64,000 nucleotides of DNA, taken from Moniliella sp. 'wahieum' (Eukaryota). The stretch covers positions 682,001 to 746,000 of the forward strand of contig RSEE01000016.1 in the NCBI GenBank assembly GCA_003971905.1, read 5' to 3'. Numbering within the stretch: position 1 is the first letter of the stretch; the number at the start of each line of letters is the position of its first letter. The position numbers and the translations under genes are program-made. Below the pieces are notes generated by a model. That model was not told the DNA's origin. It made no database searches and saw nothing but the letters and a program-made list of their open reading frames with translations. Of this stretch, positions 14,701 through 24,976 are shown in pieces.

Positions 14701-16697
14701 TTGAAGTTCGGCTGTGGCATCACCCTTGGACACCAGGGGTAGCGTCCAGGTATACCGCGTAAAGTCGTCGACAATGATAAGGGCGTAAGTATGACCCGCC
14801 GCCTTGGCGGGATATGTCAAGGACGTCGAGGTGGAGGAGAGAGAAAGGGCGAATGGTTCGGATTGGGCGTCCAGTCGTGGCGTGGGTGGGGCAGTGGCTC
14901 TGCTTAATGCGCATGGTGCACAGTGCCACGAGGACCGGACTAAAGCGATGTCGCCACTGTTGACCCGTTCGAATGCTGGGTCATCCGACGTGAGGGATGA
15001 AAGTTGATCTAGAGGTGCATGATTCCATCGGATGTGGGCGTTTTTCACCTTGACCAGGGTTGCATCAAGGTTGAGTAGCGAAGTGGCGCTGTTGGCTGTG
15101 GCTGTCGTATTGGGCGCCAGAGTAAGGGAATAGCTTGAGTCGGCGGCGAGACGAAAAGGTTCGCCGTGTCGTCCGAGATAGAGACCATGGCCACCTGGAG
15201 GGATCCAGCTGCCAATGCCTGCGATAGATAGATGGTAAGCGCTGAGCAGGTTGGTCGGGAAGGTGGGGCAGTACAAGCTGCCGGGTAGGTGGATGCGGAT
15301 AGGGGCTCCGTTCTGGGTTTGAATGTACATAGAGATGGTGCCAATGCCTTCAGTGTATGCGATCTGTCCGTTTGCCACTGCTATGGGCTCGCGGTGTGGA
15401 CGAAGATTGATAAACGCACTTCGTTCATTGAATACGGATGGTCTCGCACCTGAATCGTGTTGCGCAGGGAGGTTGGCTGGCTTGGGTGGTGTAGTGGCTG
15501 CCATAGGGGTTACTGCATGGGCAGATGAGGTGGTCTGGGCTGTCGTAGCCGGCCGGCTAAAGTGGCCGCCACGTTGGCCACCACGGTGACTTCCTCTGTA
15601 CCCGCTGCCACCTCGGCCTCGTCCGCGGCCTGTCACCGTACTGCTTGTTTGGCTGTGCGACGTGGCTTCCGAAGGGGCCGTACTGGAGGGAGCTGGGCTT
15701 GAACTGGAGGTACTGCCGTAGTTGGAGCCTTTGAGTTCGCTCACTGCTCGGCGCAATTCGGCGTAGCTGCTGTTACGATGGAGGTGCAACCACCCCTGAT
15801 CAGTAACGCCTTTCCGTAGCATCTGTGCTAGACCAATCTCGTCCAGCTTGGACTTGGACGTCATCTCGTACTGGGTTACCGCCACAGTGAACTCATTCAG
15901 GTATTGGCGGCCCGACTTGGTGCCCATTTTGAGAGTGAGAACCTTTATGAGGATATCACAGATCTCAGTGTCTGAAACGGTGCCGTACAAATCACGCAGA
16001 GCATGATAGTATGCAGACCCTAGAGCCGGCGTGCCATCGCCGGTGATCTGCTGGACGACGTCGGAGTCTATCCACGGGAGTAGAATGTTGGCCAAGTGAG
16101 CGTCCAGTTCTGCGTTATACCCGTCCAGGGCCTTGCCCTGTTCCAGATGCTCACGCGCTCCAGGGATAATCTGGATACGAGGGAGGAAGATCCGGGTCCA
16201 TAACCAAAACGAGCTGTTGTTGTGGAAACGCTCGTGGTACGGCACGTTGTGCGAGTGGCACTACGGAGGAGCTTGTCGGGAGTCAAAGCCCACGGGTTGT
16301 CGTCGACGGCCGGAGTTGACGATAAGGCACCTTCGTTCTTGCTAGCATTGGGTGGATTCTCACATGATAACATGACAATGGCTTCTGTGGTCGTCTTTTC
16401 GCTGTACCCAAGCTTGATACCAGTGTCCTGTAGCTGTTTGAGGGTGATGTGTTCGGGAAACAATTTGAACATGTTGCGAATGCGGTCGGCGAGGGTGGCG
16501 ACGTCGTTCGCGGTGTTGTCGGGGCCCACGGGGGTGGGTTGAGGTGTAGGGGTAGATTCACGCGATGGTGTCAGCGGCGGGGAGGCGTGGTCAACTCCGA
16601 CGGGAGTGGTGCTCTCTTCTGCTCCGGCAGTTGGTGAAGTAGGGGTTGAGGAGTTGAACCAAGACTCCTGAGTCTGAGAGCTCATGATGCTTGCCAT
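11746..16697 (-). CDS. Copia Gag-Pol polyprotein (two provided ORFs joined by a frameshift near 16250)
   Basis: Protease HDSGA. Integrase HIRWNH..CAPC, VDDFTRY, RSDNAPE, SNGVAERAIR, GKLGPRA. RT KYRARYVVGG, DVEAAYL, LKKSLYGLHQSG, HTDD. RNase H HTDASFA, SVSG, SEY, DNTAA, DWFTKPL. Confidence 0.93.
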
Positions 16698-16803
16698 TAG
16701 CTTACGCAGTTCGAGCAAGCGCTTGTGGATAGGGCCGGCAGCGGAGGACCGAAGAGTGTAAGAGTGGAAGGCTCAGGGCTGAGCGTCAAGAGGATTGTAA
16801 CTC

Positions 16804-17021
16804 TGTAAGACCGGAGGAACCCAAGGGATTGGGTGAAGAACCTCTGGAAATGTAGAGCAATGCAATCGCGATGGTGGTGGTTAAGGTCTAAGCCTTGTGC
16901 CACACCTAGAGACAGGGGTTCAGACAAGCCTGAGTATACACGTGGAGGCTTCGGAGGACAAATCAGGGGTGAAGGGTGATGAGGCGCCTTGGCCTAAGTA
17001 CGGGACCACGGGTCCCCAACA
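16804..17021 (-). repeat. 5' LTR of the copia element (218 bp)
   Basis: Near-identical to 11464-11680 and followed by the TSD CCAGA. Confidence 0.96.
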
Positions 17022-18480
17022 CCAGAGTTGGGTCTGGGAACAGAGGCATCTATGTGAGTCGGATGATCACAGTCCACAACGCGGTCCATTCTGGTTCCTG
17101 CCCAGCATGCGCGTCAACGTTCAACGCTTCATCATCCGTCGTGCGCAGCTCTGCCCTCGTCGGCGCAACAGCGCCATCAGTGCCTCAGCTCAGGCCAACC
17201 TCGGTGCTCAGCCAGCCCCAGCCAATGGCGCCAATCGGTAGGTCCTTACTCGTTCAACAGGTCAAGCTCAAGGTCAAGCCGGTCACGTGGAAATGGTTTG
17301 ACTAGCGACCGCCCTCTCACGCTTCATTCACTCCGATGATCGATGAAGGGGGCAGGTGCTGTTCCGCATGTGGGGGCTTACGTCATGCGATATGTGCCCC
17401 CCCAACAGCTGGCCACTAGCGGTGTCATCGATCATCGACCATACATCATGCATCATCTAGAATCGAGCCATCGAGCCATCTGCAATCCCCGGTCCGTGCA
17501 CTTGACAATGCATCTCGGTTCTTGTCTTCCACCACCTTTGCAGACACCATGGCCGCTCCATCGCAAACCGAGTCCAAGGCACCCCTGTATGCAGCTGCTG
17601 ACTTTTGCCTCATTCCGTTTGGAACGGGTTCATCCTCGGTTGGAGCGGAATCGCTGAAGTGCAGCGCGTGCTCGAGTCCTTTACTAGTCAAGGTTTGATC
17701 TACAAGCTCCACGTTTACCGATTGTCATCGTTTGCTATGGCCTAACGTTGATTTCCTATGTGTTGTCGCTCAAAAGTGGATATGGGACGAACCTGGAAGG
17801 CCCCTGGCCGCTTGTCGCGCGCTATCGAGGCCTGCCATGAGCGACTGCACGAAAAGGGTGTTCCTCGGATCGCGACTGACATCCGTATTGGAACCAAGAA
17901 CCCTGCTCTCGGCTACTCTCCTCCTGAGGGAGGAGAGAACGCGCGCAAGGCCCAAAGCGTTGTCCGTCGCTTGGCTGTCGATAACAAGTCGGAAGCCTGA
18001 GCGCCGGATGGAGTTTGCCCGGTGCGGTATCGAATGCAGCACGCTCTGGTAGACATTTTGATGTATGCCAATGCACTCATCTCGTCCCAATGTTGGGCCT
18101 ATGCGCCCTTCGCAAGTCAGGATACTGCTGGAAGCCTGACCATTGTTTGGTCTACTTGGCCACTGCACTTCATTTTGTCGCAGGTCATCGTCATCGTGGG
18201 CTTCACTACCGGACTGGATGGTTACGCTTGCGTCCTGTGTTGTTGGAAGAGAGGTTGTTTCGCCTTTAGTAATGCTAGTAAGCCCATATGATGATGATGG
18301 TCGGAGACTATATATTGTGCTTTTTAATCTGGCAATCAGGGTGATCCTGACGTGGGACGAACGGCTTACCTCCTACTCCCGATGTGGATTCGATAAGGCG
18401 CTCGAGATATTGAGAAAGGCGAAAGAGAGGAGAGATGTTGCTATTTGATGGTTGGGACCTGAGGCCAGTGACTATTGAAT

Positions 18481-18789
18481 ACGAGGAGACCACCGGGCCT
18501 ACGGCCCGGTCTGCTGTGTCGCCACCTTAGCCACGTTCCCCCTTCGCCACGTAGCCACCGTTCCACCGGCCACCGTTCCACGCTGGAACCCTTCCACGCT
18601 GGAAAGTCGAATAATATCACCGATACGCGCTGGTGGGTGGCTGGGAACGTGGCACGGGGCATGCTGATGTAACAGTGCACAGGGGCGTTTGGATCTACCC
18701 TTTCTGAATTCATATCATTGACAGACTTAAGGCTGGGACAGGGGGAACGCTACGTCTAAACCGAACCGTCCATCTTGCGGGGTTACTTG
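18481..18789. repeat. Left inverted-repeat arm of the RT element
   Basis: 18705-18789 matches the reverse complement of 21784-21870 with 1 substitution and 2 one-base indels. Hairpin ACCGGGCC-TAC-GGCCCGGT at 18492-18510. Confidence 0.9.
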
Positions 18790-18879
18790 TATACCGGGTC
18801 AAGGCACGCCCCTCCTCCCCAACCCCCAACTCGCCACCCCCCGCGCCGCGCCCCCGACTGGGCTCCGAACAGCCAACCA

Positions 18880-21790
18880 ATGGCTACGGCGCCGAAACCC
18901 CACGCCCCACTACCCCACGCCCGCGCCGCGCCCCGCGCAGACAGCCCCCCCGCCGCCGCAACCCCGACCCTCAACCCCCCGCGCCCCGCGCACACCGCCC
19001 CCCCGCCGCCGCGGCCCGCCCCCACCACCACCGCCACCAGACGACCGCGCAACCCCTCGACCGAACGGGGCCGACCTCCTTCCCCGTTTGACCGCCCTGG
19101 CCGAGCGCCCAGGCACACGCAAGATACCGCCACACCTGAAGCGCCCTTTCCTCCAGATGCTCGGCCGTTTGGCGGACGCTTACTTGCAGGAGCCCTCGTC
19201 AGCACACCTGATGGATATTCTAGCGGTGCCTAAGGAAGTACTCCGCCACCACAACAAGGACAACAACCTCATCGGGACGTACCCCAACAGCGCCTGGCAA
19301 CTCCCTCCGCCCCCCGACTTCTCAACGCGCGAGGCACTCGACCCAGTCACCAAGGCCGACCGCCTCATTCGGGAGGGCTGCCTCAGCCGCGCAGCAAGTA
19401 CCCCTCGTCGGCCAATCCACCATTGCCCCTCTCACCCCCGAGACCCAGGCAAGCCTGGAAAAGCTCCATCCCGTTGGAGAGGCGAAACCCTTCAGCCTCG
19501 GCCCGGGCACAGCCTTTGGCAACACCACCACCCGCACTCGTCCCACCCACACAGGCCGCGTGGTACCGCCGGCACCACCCTCACCGACGACGGACAGTAA
19601 CCGTATCGTGGTGGACTTGGACGAAATCGACTTTGTTGCCTTGATTGCCACGTTCAGAATCGACGTTGGGGCAGGTCTATCCGGGTGGACCCAGCCCCTC
19701 CTAAGAACGGCCCTTGAATGCAAAGCGCTTCGTCGCCTTTCTCACCGCCCTCACCAAGAGTATTTACCACGGCACCGCCCCAGGACGCGAGCTCCTGTTG
19801 GCCTCCCGCCTCACCCCCCTGGAGAAGGCATCGGGAGGCATCCGCCCCATCGCCTGTGGGGAGCTGATCTACCCCTGTGCGCCAAGGCCATCGCTCGAGC
19901 GATCGCCCCCAACAGCTGGCTTCTCCCCACCCAGTTGGGAGTAGCATCGCAAAACGGGGTGGAGCCTATCGTACGGATGGTCGAGCGCATGACAGCGCCA
20001 GGCGGGGAGAACGATGCGGAACTGGGCGACTTCAGCCACGTCGCCATGCTCGACTTTACCAACGCCTTCAACACTGTGCGCCGTCGCACACTCGCCAAGG
20101 CGCTCCATGCCTACGCCCCCCATCTCCTCACGTTGGGCCGATGGATCTATGGTTCCCCCACCCAGCTCTGGGTCGCGTCGGGCGGAAATGAGACCAACGT
20201 CCTGTCGGCAGAGGGCGTACGGCAGGGCGACCCCCTCGCCCCCTTTTCTTCTCCATCGCAGTGCGGCCCACGCTGGAGAAACTGGAACAGGACCTGCCGC
20301 CGGGGCACCTGGTGATGGCATACCTGGACGACATTACGATCTTCGGTCCAGGGCCAGGCATTACCGGCCTAGCCGCGGAGATTTTGGAAGACGACGCGTC
20401 AGGCCTCAAGCTCAACCTGCGCAAGTGTGTCGAGCGGGACCGGGACCAGATTCGGGAGGATGGTCTGCAGGTTCTGGCACTTGTGTGGGAGGGGTAGACT
20501 GTCGTCGATCGTGGCTCCGGGCCCAACTGGCAAGTCTGAGGGAGAACATGCCTAAGTTTGATGGCATCACCCGCCAGGGACGCCTCTTACTATGGCGGCT
20601 CAGCACTCAGACCAAGCTGCGCCACCTGCTCCGCACCATGCAGATGGAAGGAGAGCTAGACGACGTGCTGGCCGAGATTGATGCCTTCATCTGTACGGAG
20701 TTCAGACGGATCCGGGCGACGAGGATCCCCAAGGTGCCAAGGACGACCACTTCGACATGCTCATGAGCCTGCCTCTTCGACTGGGAGGATGTGCAGCCCG
20801 CTTTACTCGTATATTGCGCCCCACGCCCGTGCCGCGGCCAACGAGGTCACGACTATCTATTACCACTTATGTTGACCGTTCGGGACCGCAAACTGCAAGG
20901 GCCAACGCATTGCGAAGCAACGCCAGCGCTGCCGCGAGATGTGGGAGCAAAGTCGACAGGAGCTGCTCCAGAAGCTGGACGCTGCCGATGGTCGCCATGT
21001 GGTTGAGCACAGCAACCCGCTGAGCCACAACTGGCTCTCCGCCATTCCATCCGTCCCGTACCTCAAGCTCTCTGACCAGCAGGTCCAGGTTGGTCTCCAG
21101 CTCCGCACGCTGTGCCGCACCACGCGCAGCATGTGCAAGTGCGGCGTCATGTCCTCGCTGGAACCACATCATGTCCTGCACCCGCACCCAGGCCAAGTTT
21201 GGTGCGTTGCATGAGGCAGTGCGGGAGCCCATTCTCCAGCTCCTCCGCTCCATCCCCGACACCCACGTCCACAACGAACCTATGGTGGAGGAAGATGGGA
21301 CGAGGCGCGGACGGAAGGCACAGCGCACCGATTACCGCGTGATGGGCCCGGAGCACTGGGGAACCGGAATGGAGGTAGACCACACGCTGCGCGACACGGG
21401 ATCGCAGGAGGCGCAGAGCGCGTACCGGCGGGGGTGCATGAGAGCACTGCGTCGCCTTTGGAACGCCGGGAGAAGGAACTGCTTCGGCTGCTTGAACAAG
21501 CAGAATGCGACAAGAACGCCAAGTACCAGGGACGCACTCAAGAACCGTTTTTCCCCCTGGTTTTGACGACGCGAGGATACTACGGCACCAAGACGGCGGG
21601 CAAGTTGTTTGCGCATTGGAAGGAGTTGGCTACTAAGTCTCAGTGGAAATGGTTCCTCGCTCGTATGTCAACCACGTTCCTCCGTGTCCACACGCGCTTT
21701 CTAGGGTACGGGACCGGATGGCGTGAGCCGGAGGGTCCTGATATCCTGGCGATCCCCTGGTCCCTTAATCTTGGTGGCGCTTCCAAGTAA
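18880..21790 (+). CDS. CRE/SLACS-clade-like non-LTR reverse transcriptase with C-terminal Cys/His motif and restriction-like endonuclease; multiple frameshifts; start codon uncertain
   Basis: RT: ASRLTPLEKASGGIRPIACGE, QLGV, LDFTNAFNTV, GVRQGDPLAP, AYLDD, LKLNLRKC, LPLRLGG. C-terminal part: WLSAIP, CKCG..H..C..H, EP, RTDY..EVD, KNAKY..FFPLVLTTRG. No apurinic endonuclease, integrase, RNase H or tyrosine recombinase motifs seen. Confidence 0.85.
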
Positions 21791-22164
21791 CCCCCGCAAG
21801 ATGAACGGTTCGGTTTAGACGTAGCGTTCCCCCTGTCCCAGCCTTAAGCTCTGTCAATGATATGAATTCAAAAGAGCGGCGGCTTATTTGCCAGCTGCAG
21901 TTTATGTGGTAAGCGTGCCACCCGGCACGTTCCAGTCCACCCGGCGCGTTCCAGTCCCGCTGCTGCACATGGGTGATAAAATTCCGCCCAAGGCGGAGTG
22001 GGGAATACCATTCCGCTCTCCAGCGTGGGACGGTGGAACAGGTGGAACAGTGGCTACGGTGGCGAAGGTGGACGGAGGAACGGTGGCTAAGGTGGCAACG
22101 CAGCACCAAGCACCAAGCTGGGGCAAAGCCCCAGACCGGGCCGTAGGCCCGGTGGTCTTCTAGT
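21784..22164. repeat. Right inverted-repeat arm of the RT element
   Basis: Reverse-complement homologue of 18481-18789. Hairpins at 22118-22134 and 22135-22153, then GGTCTT-CTAG-T. Confidence 0.9.
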
Positions 22165-24139
22165 GAATCTTAAGACATAGAGATTGAGGACTAGTGACAT
22201 GTGACAGGTTATTAAGCGGTACACACGCCCTTGCCAAGACCTAAAGCTATAATAGAGCGTTGCTCCGCAATTGGGCAAACTCGCAGAACCCGATAGGGAC
22301 TGCCGACATCATGGGACTAGAGAATCCAAAGAGGGACACATATTGGAGGCTACTATACTCGATCAATTGTCGATTCCCGATCGCTGGCAGGTGCTGGAGC
22401 TGGATCGACATGCAGGCTGCAAAATAAATAAAGCAGTGAGCGAGAACGTTCACTACGTTTACTGGGCCTAATATAGCATTTTAGTAGGTGTAGTTAGTGT
22501 ACAGGTCAGCCGGTCACCGGTCACATAGGCCACAGGTCACATTGCATGACAGGCCACACGCGTTACAATGTTCAACGTTCAACGTTCAACGTTCATCCAT
22601 CATCACAGGCCGATCATCGATCACTCGATCGCAAGATCTGCAGGCTCTGAGTGCAAAGCAATAATCGGTGATCATCGATCACATGTCACATGTCACATGT
22701 ATGCCACATTTTGGCGCTGGGCGCTAGAACGATTGTCGATAGTCGACAGAGGGCGATATGGACCTAACAGGGTCGGCCCGGTCAACGTCAGCACTCAGCC
22801 GGTCAAATCGAGGCTCGATCTCTTGCATCGAGCCGGCAAGGGGGCAGTGCTGATATGTTTCCCATCACGCGTCACATGCATGTTACACGCCACGCTTATC
22901 CTCGCCACTAGCACTAGCCATGCTTCTGGCCTTTAGATTGACAGAACAACCCTGTCTGGCTTGTTTTCTTCGGGATGCTCCGTTTGGGACTACGCGAGCC
23001 AACAGGACGAACCGGAACGCAGGAGCCCGAACAGGCATGGTCGATGGCCGGTGTAGCTTGTAGGCTGAGCGCTGAGGCGCGAAGACTATGTGGTGCTGGC
23101 GTGACCTGGTGTGGCCCCTTGAGGCAGCCTGAGGAGGGGAGGCGGCCTGGGTACCTAGTGGTGCGAAGCTGCATATCCAACGCGCTGCGCCACTGCTGCG
23201 CCTGACACGGGCAGGCCGCCCGATCGCTACACTGGACGTTGTTGCATTTTGAATCCCGCAGGCCTCATGCCTTGCTCTATGCCATGCACGAGCAGCCGCT
23301 GCAGGTAACGGGGCAACAGAGCAGTGTCAATGCCTGTGCCCTGCCAGAGCACTGCTCCACAGCTGCCACACTGCCCTGCGTGGTAGGGCATTGGGGCAGA
23401 CCGGAGGCAGCACACCGCACTCATGCCCCGAGCTCCGTGGCTGCACGACGATTGCGGAGCTGGGAGCGTGTCTAACTATGCCTGAGCCCATGCTGGGCTA
23501 ATGCGGGGGCGACAACGCACCCTGGCCTCGGTTGCTCTATGCACAGTTCTCCTGCCGTTCCCAGCGACTCCCATCCCGCTCGGAACAACACTCGAGGCGC
23601 AGCACTGGCCAGATGCAGAACGGCCCTGCGCTGTTGTTCCTTCCAGCTTCAACGTACTCATCCTCTCCCACTCGCACAGCCGGGGCGATGGCCTGCGATG
23701 CACGGTGGCGCTTCCTTCACACCGTGCGGTGCTGCACTGCTGCAATGATCGACAAGTGCCCCGTGCCCGCCTGCAGCTGTTCGTTCCTCGACACCCTCGC
23801 CATCGTGCCATGCCCCCGGGCCTCTTGCGAGTCAGAGTGTGTGGGATACGAGCGGGCTTTCCATAGCCTGTGAGTGACACATAAGGTAAGGTGCCACGCG
23901 CCACCCACCACCTTGGCGACAACTTCAGTCACTCTAGTCACTCTGTCCCATTTTATCTGGCTGCCTTTTCTGACTTTTGTTAGTCCCCCCCCCGCCTTCC
24001 TTTCTTCCACCAGTCCTTCCTGCCCCCATCCCTGACCAAGACCACGTTCGCCTTCCCATCACGCTCTCTACTCTGGACGTCCCCAGTATCTCTTTTGCTC
24101 TCGATTCGCCAACGCCTGCCTTCTCCCATTCCCGCAACC

Positions 24140-24976
24140 ATGCTGCCTCGGCCACTCGCTGCCGTTGTCACTGCTGTCATTGCGTCTGTGGCAGTCATTG
24201 TGCCTGCCCATGCCCAGACGCTTAACAATGTCACTTCTCTCGAAGGCACTTGGTCCAGTGGCTCGGGTAACGTTACTACGGGTCTCTCCTTCTTCAACCC
24301 TAGTAATGCCGCTTTCACTATCCCATCATCTGGGGGCATCGCCTACTCCTTTACCGACGATGGCTTCTTTGAGCAGGCCAAGTACATCTACACATCGAAT
24401 GGTGCGTTCTTGTACCCCTTCTTCGCTTGCTTCCCTGGCCTATATTCTGACACCTCCATCAGCTACAGTCAACCAATGCGTGAAGGCCTCGCTCATCTGG
24501 CAGCATGGCACGTACGTGATCAACTCCAATGGAAGTTTATCCCTCCAACCCTGGAAAACCGATGGAAAGATTATGATTATCGATGCCTGTGGCGCCCAAA
24601 CACTCACTCAATACTACTACTATCAACCTGAGCTCATCCCTTTGTGGTACAACTACATTGAGCCTGATTCGGGCTTTGGACCAAACGATCCTGCTAAGGG
24701 AAGCACGATGTATGCCCTGCAAATGTTCCAAGACGGAGGCGGTGGCCAGGCTGGAACGAAGATGGTACGTCTCTCTTGCTTTGCTCCCCCTTTCCCTTAC
24801 TGATGACTAATTGGCTACCACAGTCTGTAATGTACCTCCAGCTGCGCCCTCCAAACATGTTGCCCACCCAAGTTCTAGGGGAAAAAGTGCTCAACTCAGC
24901 CGCCCTTGCTTCATCCTCGGCCACTGCAGCAACCAGCTCGAGTGCGCCTGATCGACGCCGCCGCTTCCGGGCATGA
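24140..24976 (+). CDS. ROT1: ER chaperone Rot1-like protein; introns 24402-24462 and 24765-24823; 3' end uncertain
   Basis: Signal peptide, then SLEGTWSSGSGNVTTG..FFNP, GIAYSFTDDGFFEQAKY, C..ASLIWQHGTY, MYLQLRPPNMLPTQVL. Both introns restore the frame. Confidence 0.88.

Larger units (their letters stand above)
11464..17021 (-). mobile_element. Full-length Ty1/copia LTR retrotransposon with 5-bp TSD CCAGA
   Basis: Direct repeats 11464-11680 and 16804-17021 (TG..CA), identical by eye apart from one C in a homopolymer. CCAGA lies at 11459-11463 and 17022-17026. A G-run polypurine tract (minus strand, 11681-11687) abuts the 3' LTR. Domain order is PR-IN-RT-RH. Confidence 0.96.
18481..22164 (+). 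mobile_element. RT/restriction-like-endonuclease element with long imperfect terminal inverted repeats and terminal hairpins
   Basis: Arms 18481-18789 and 21784-22164 are reverse-complement homologues enclosing a CRE-like RT-RLE ORF. GAAT flanks both ends (18477-18480, 22165-22168). Confidence 0.8.

Noticed and set aside
16240..16275. Programmed ribosomal frameshift between the copia N-terminal ORF and the 1499-aa ORF
   Set aside because: No slippery heptamer is visible, the shift lies inside Gag, and indel errors occur throughout the window.
17100..18470. Short ORFs between the two retroelements (e.g. 17446-17712 -, 17770-18168 -)
   Set aside because: No recognisable motif; I cannot distinguish a decayed gene or TE from noise without a database search.
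18481..22164. Interpretation as a DIRS/Ngaro or Penelope element
   Set aside because: No tyrosine recombinase, RNase H or GIY-YIG motifs were seen, and the RT motifs are CRE-like non-LTR type.
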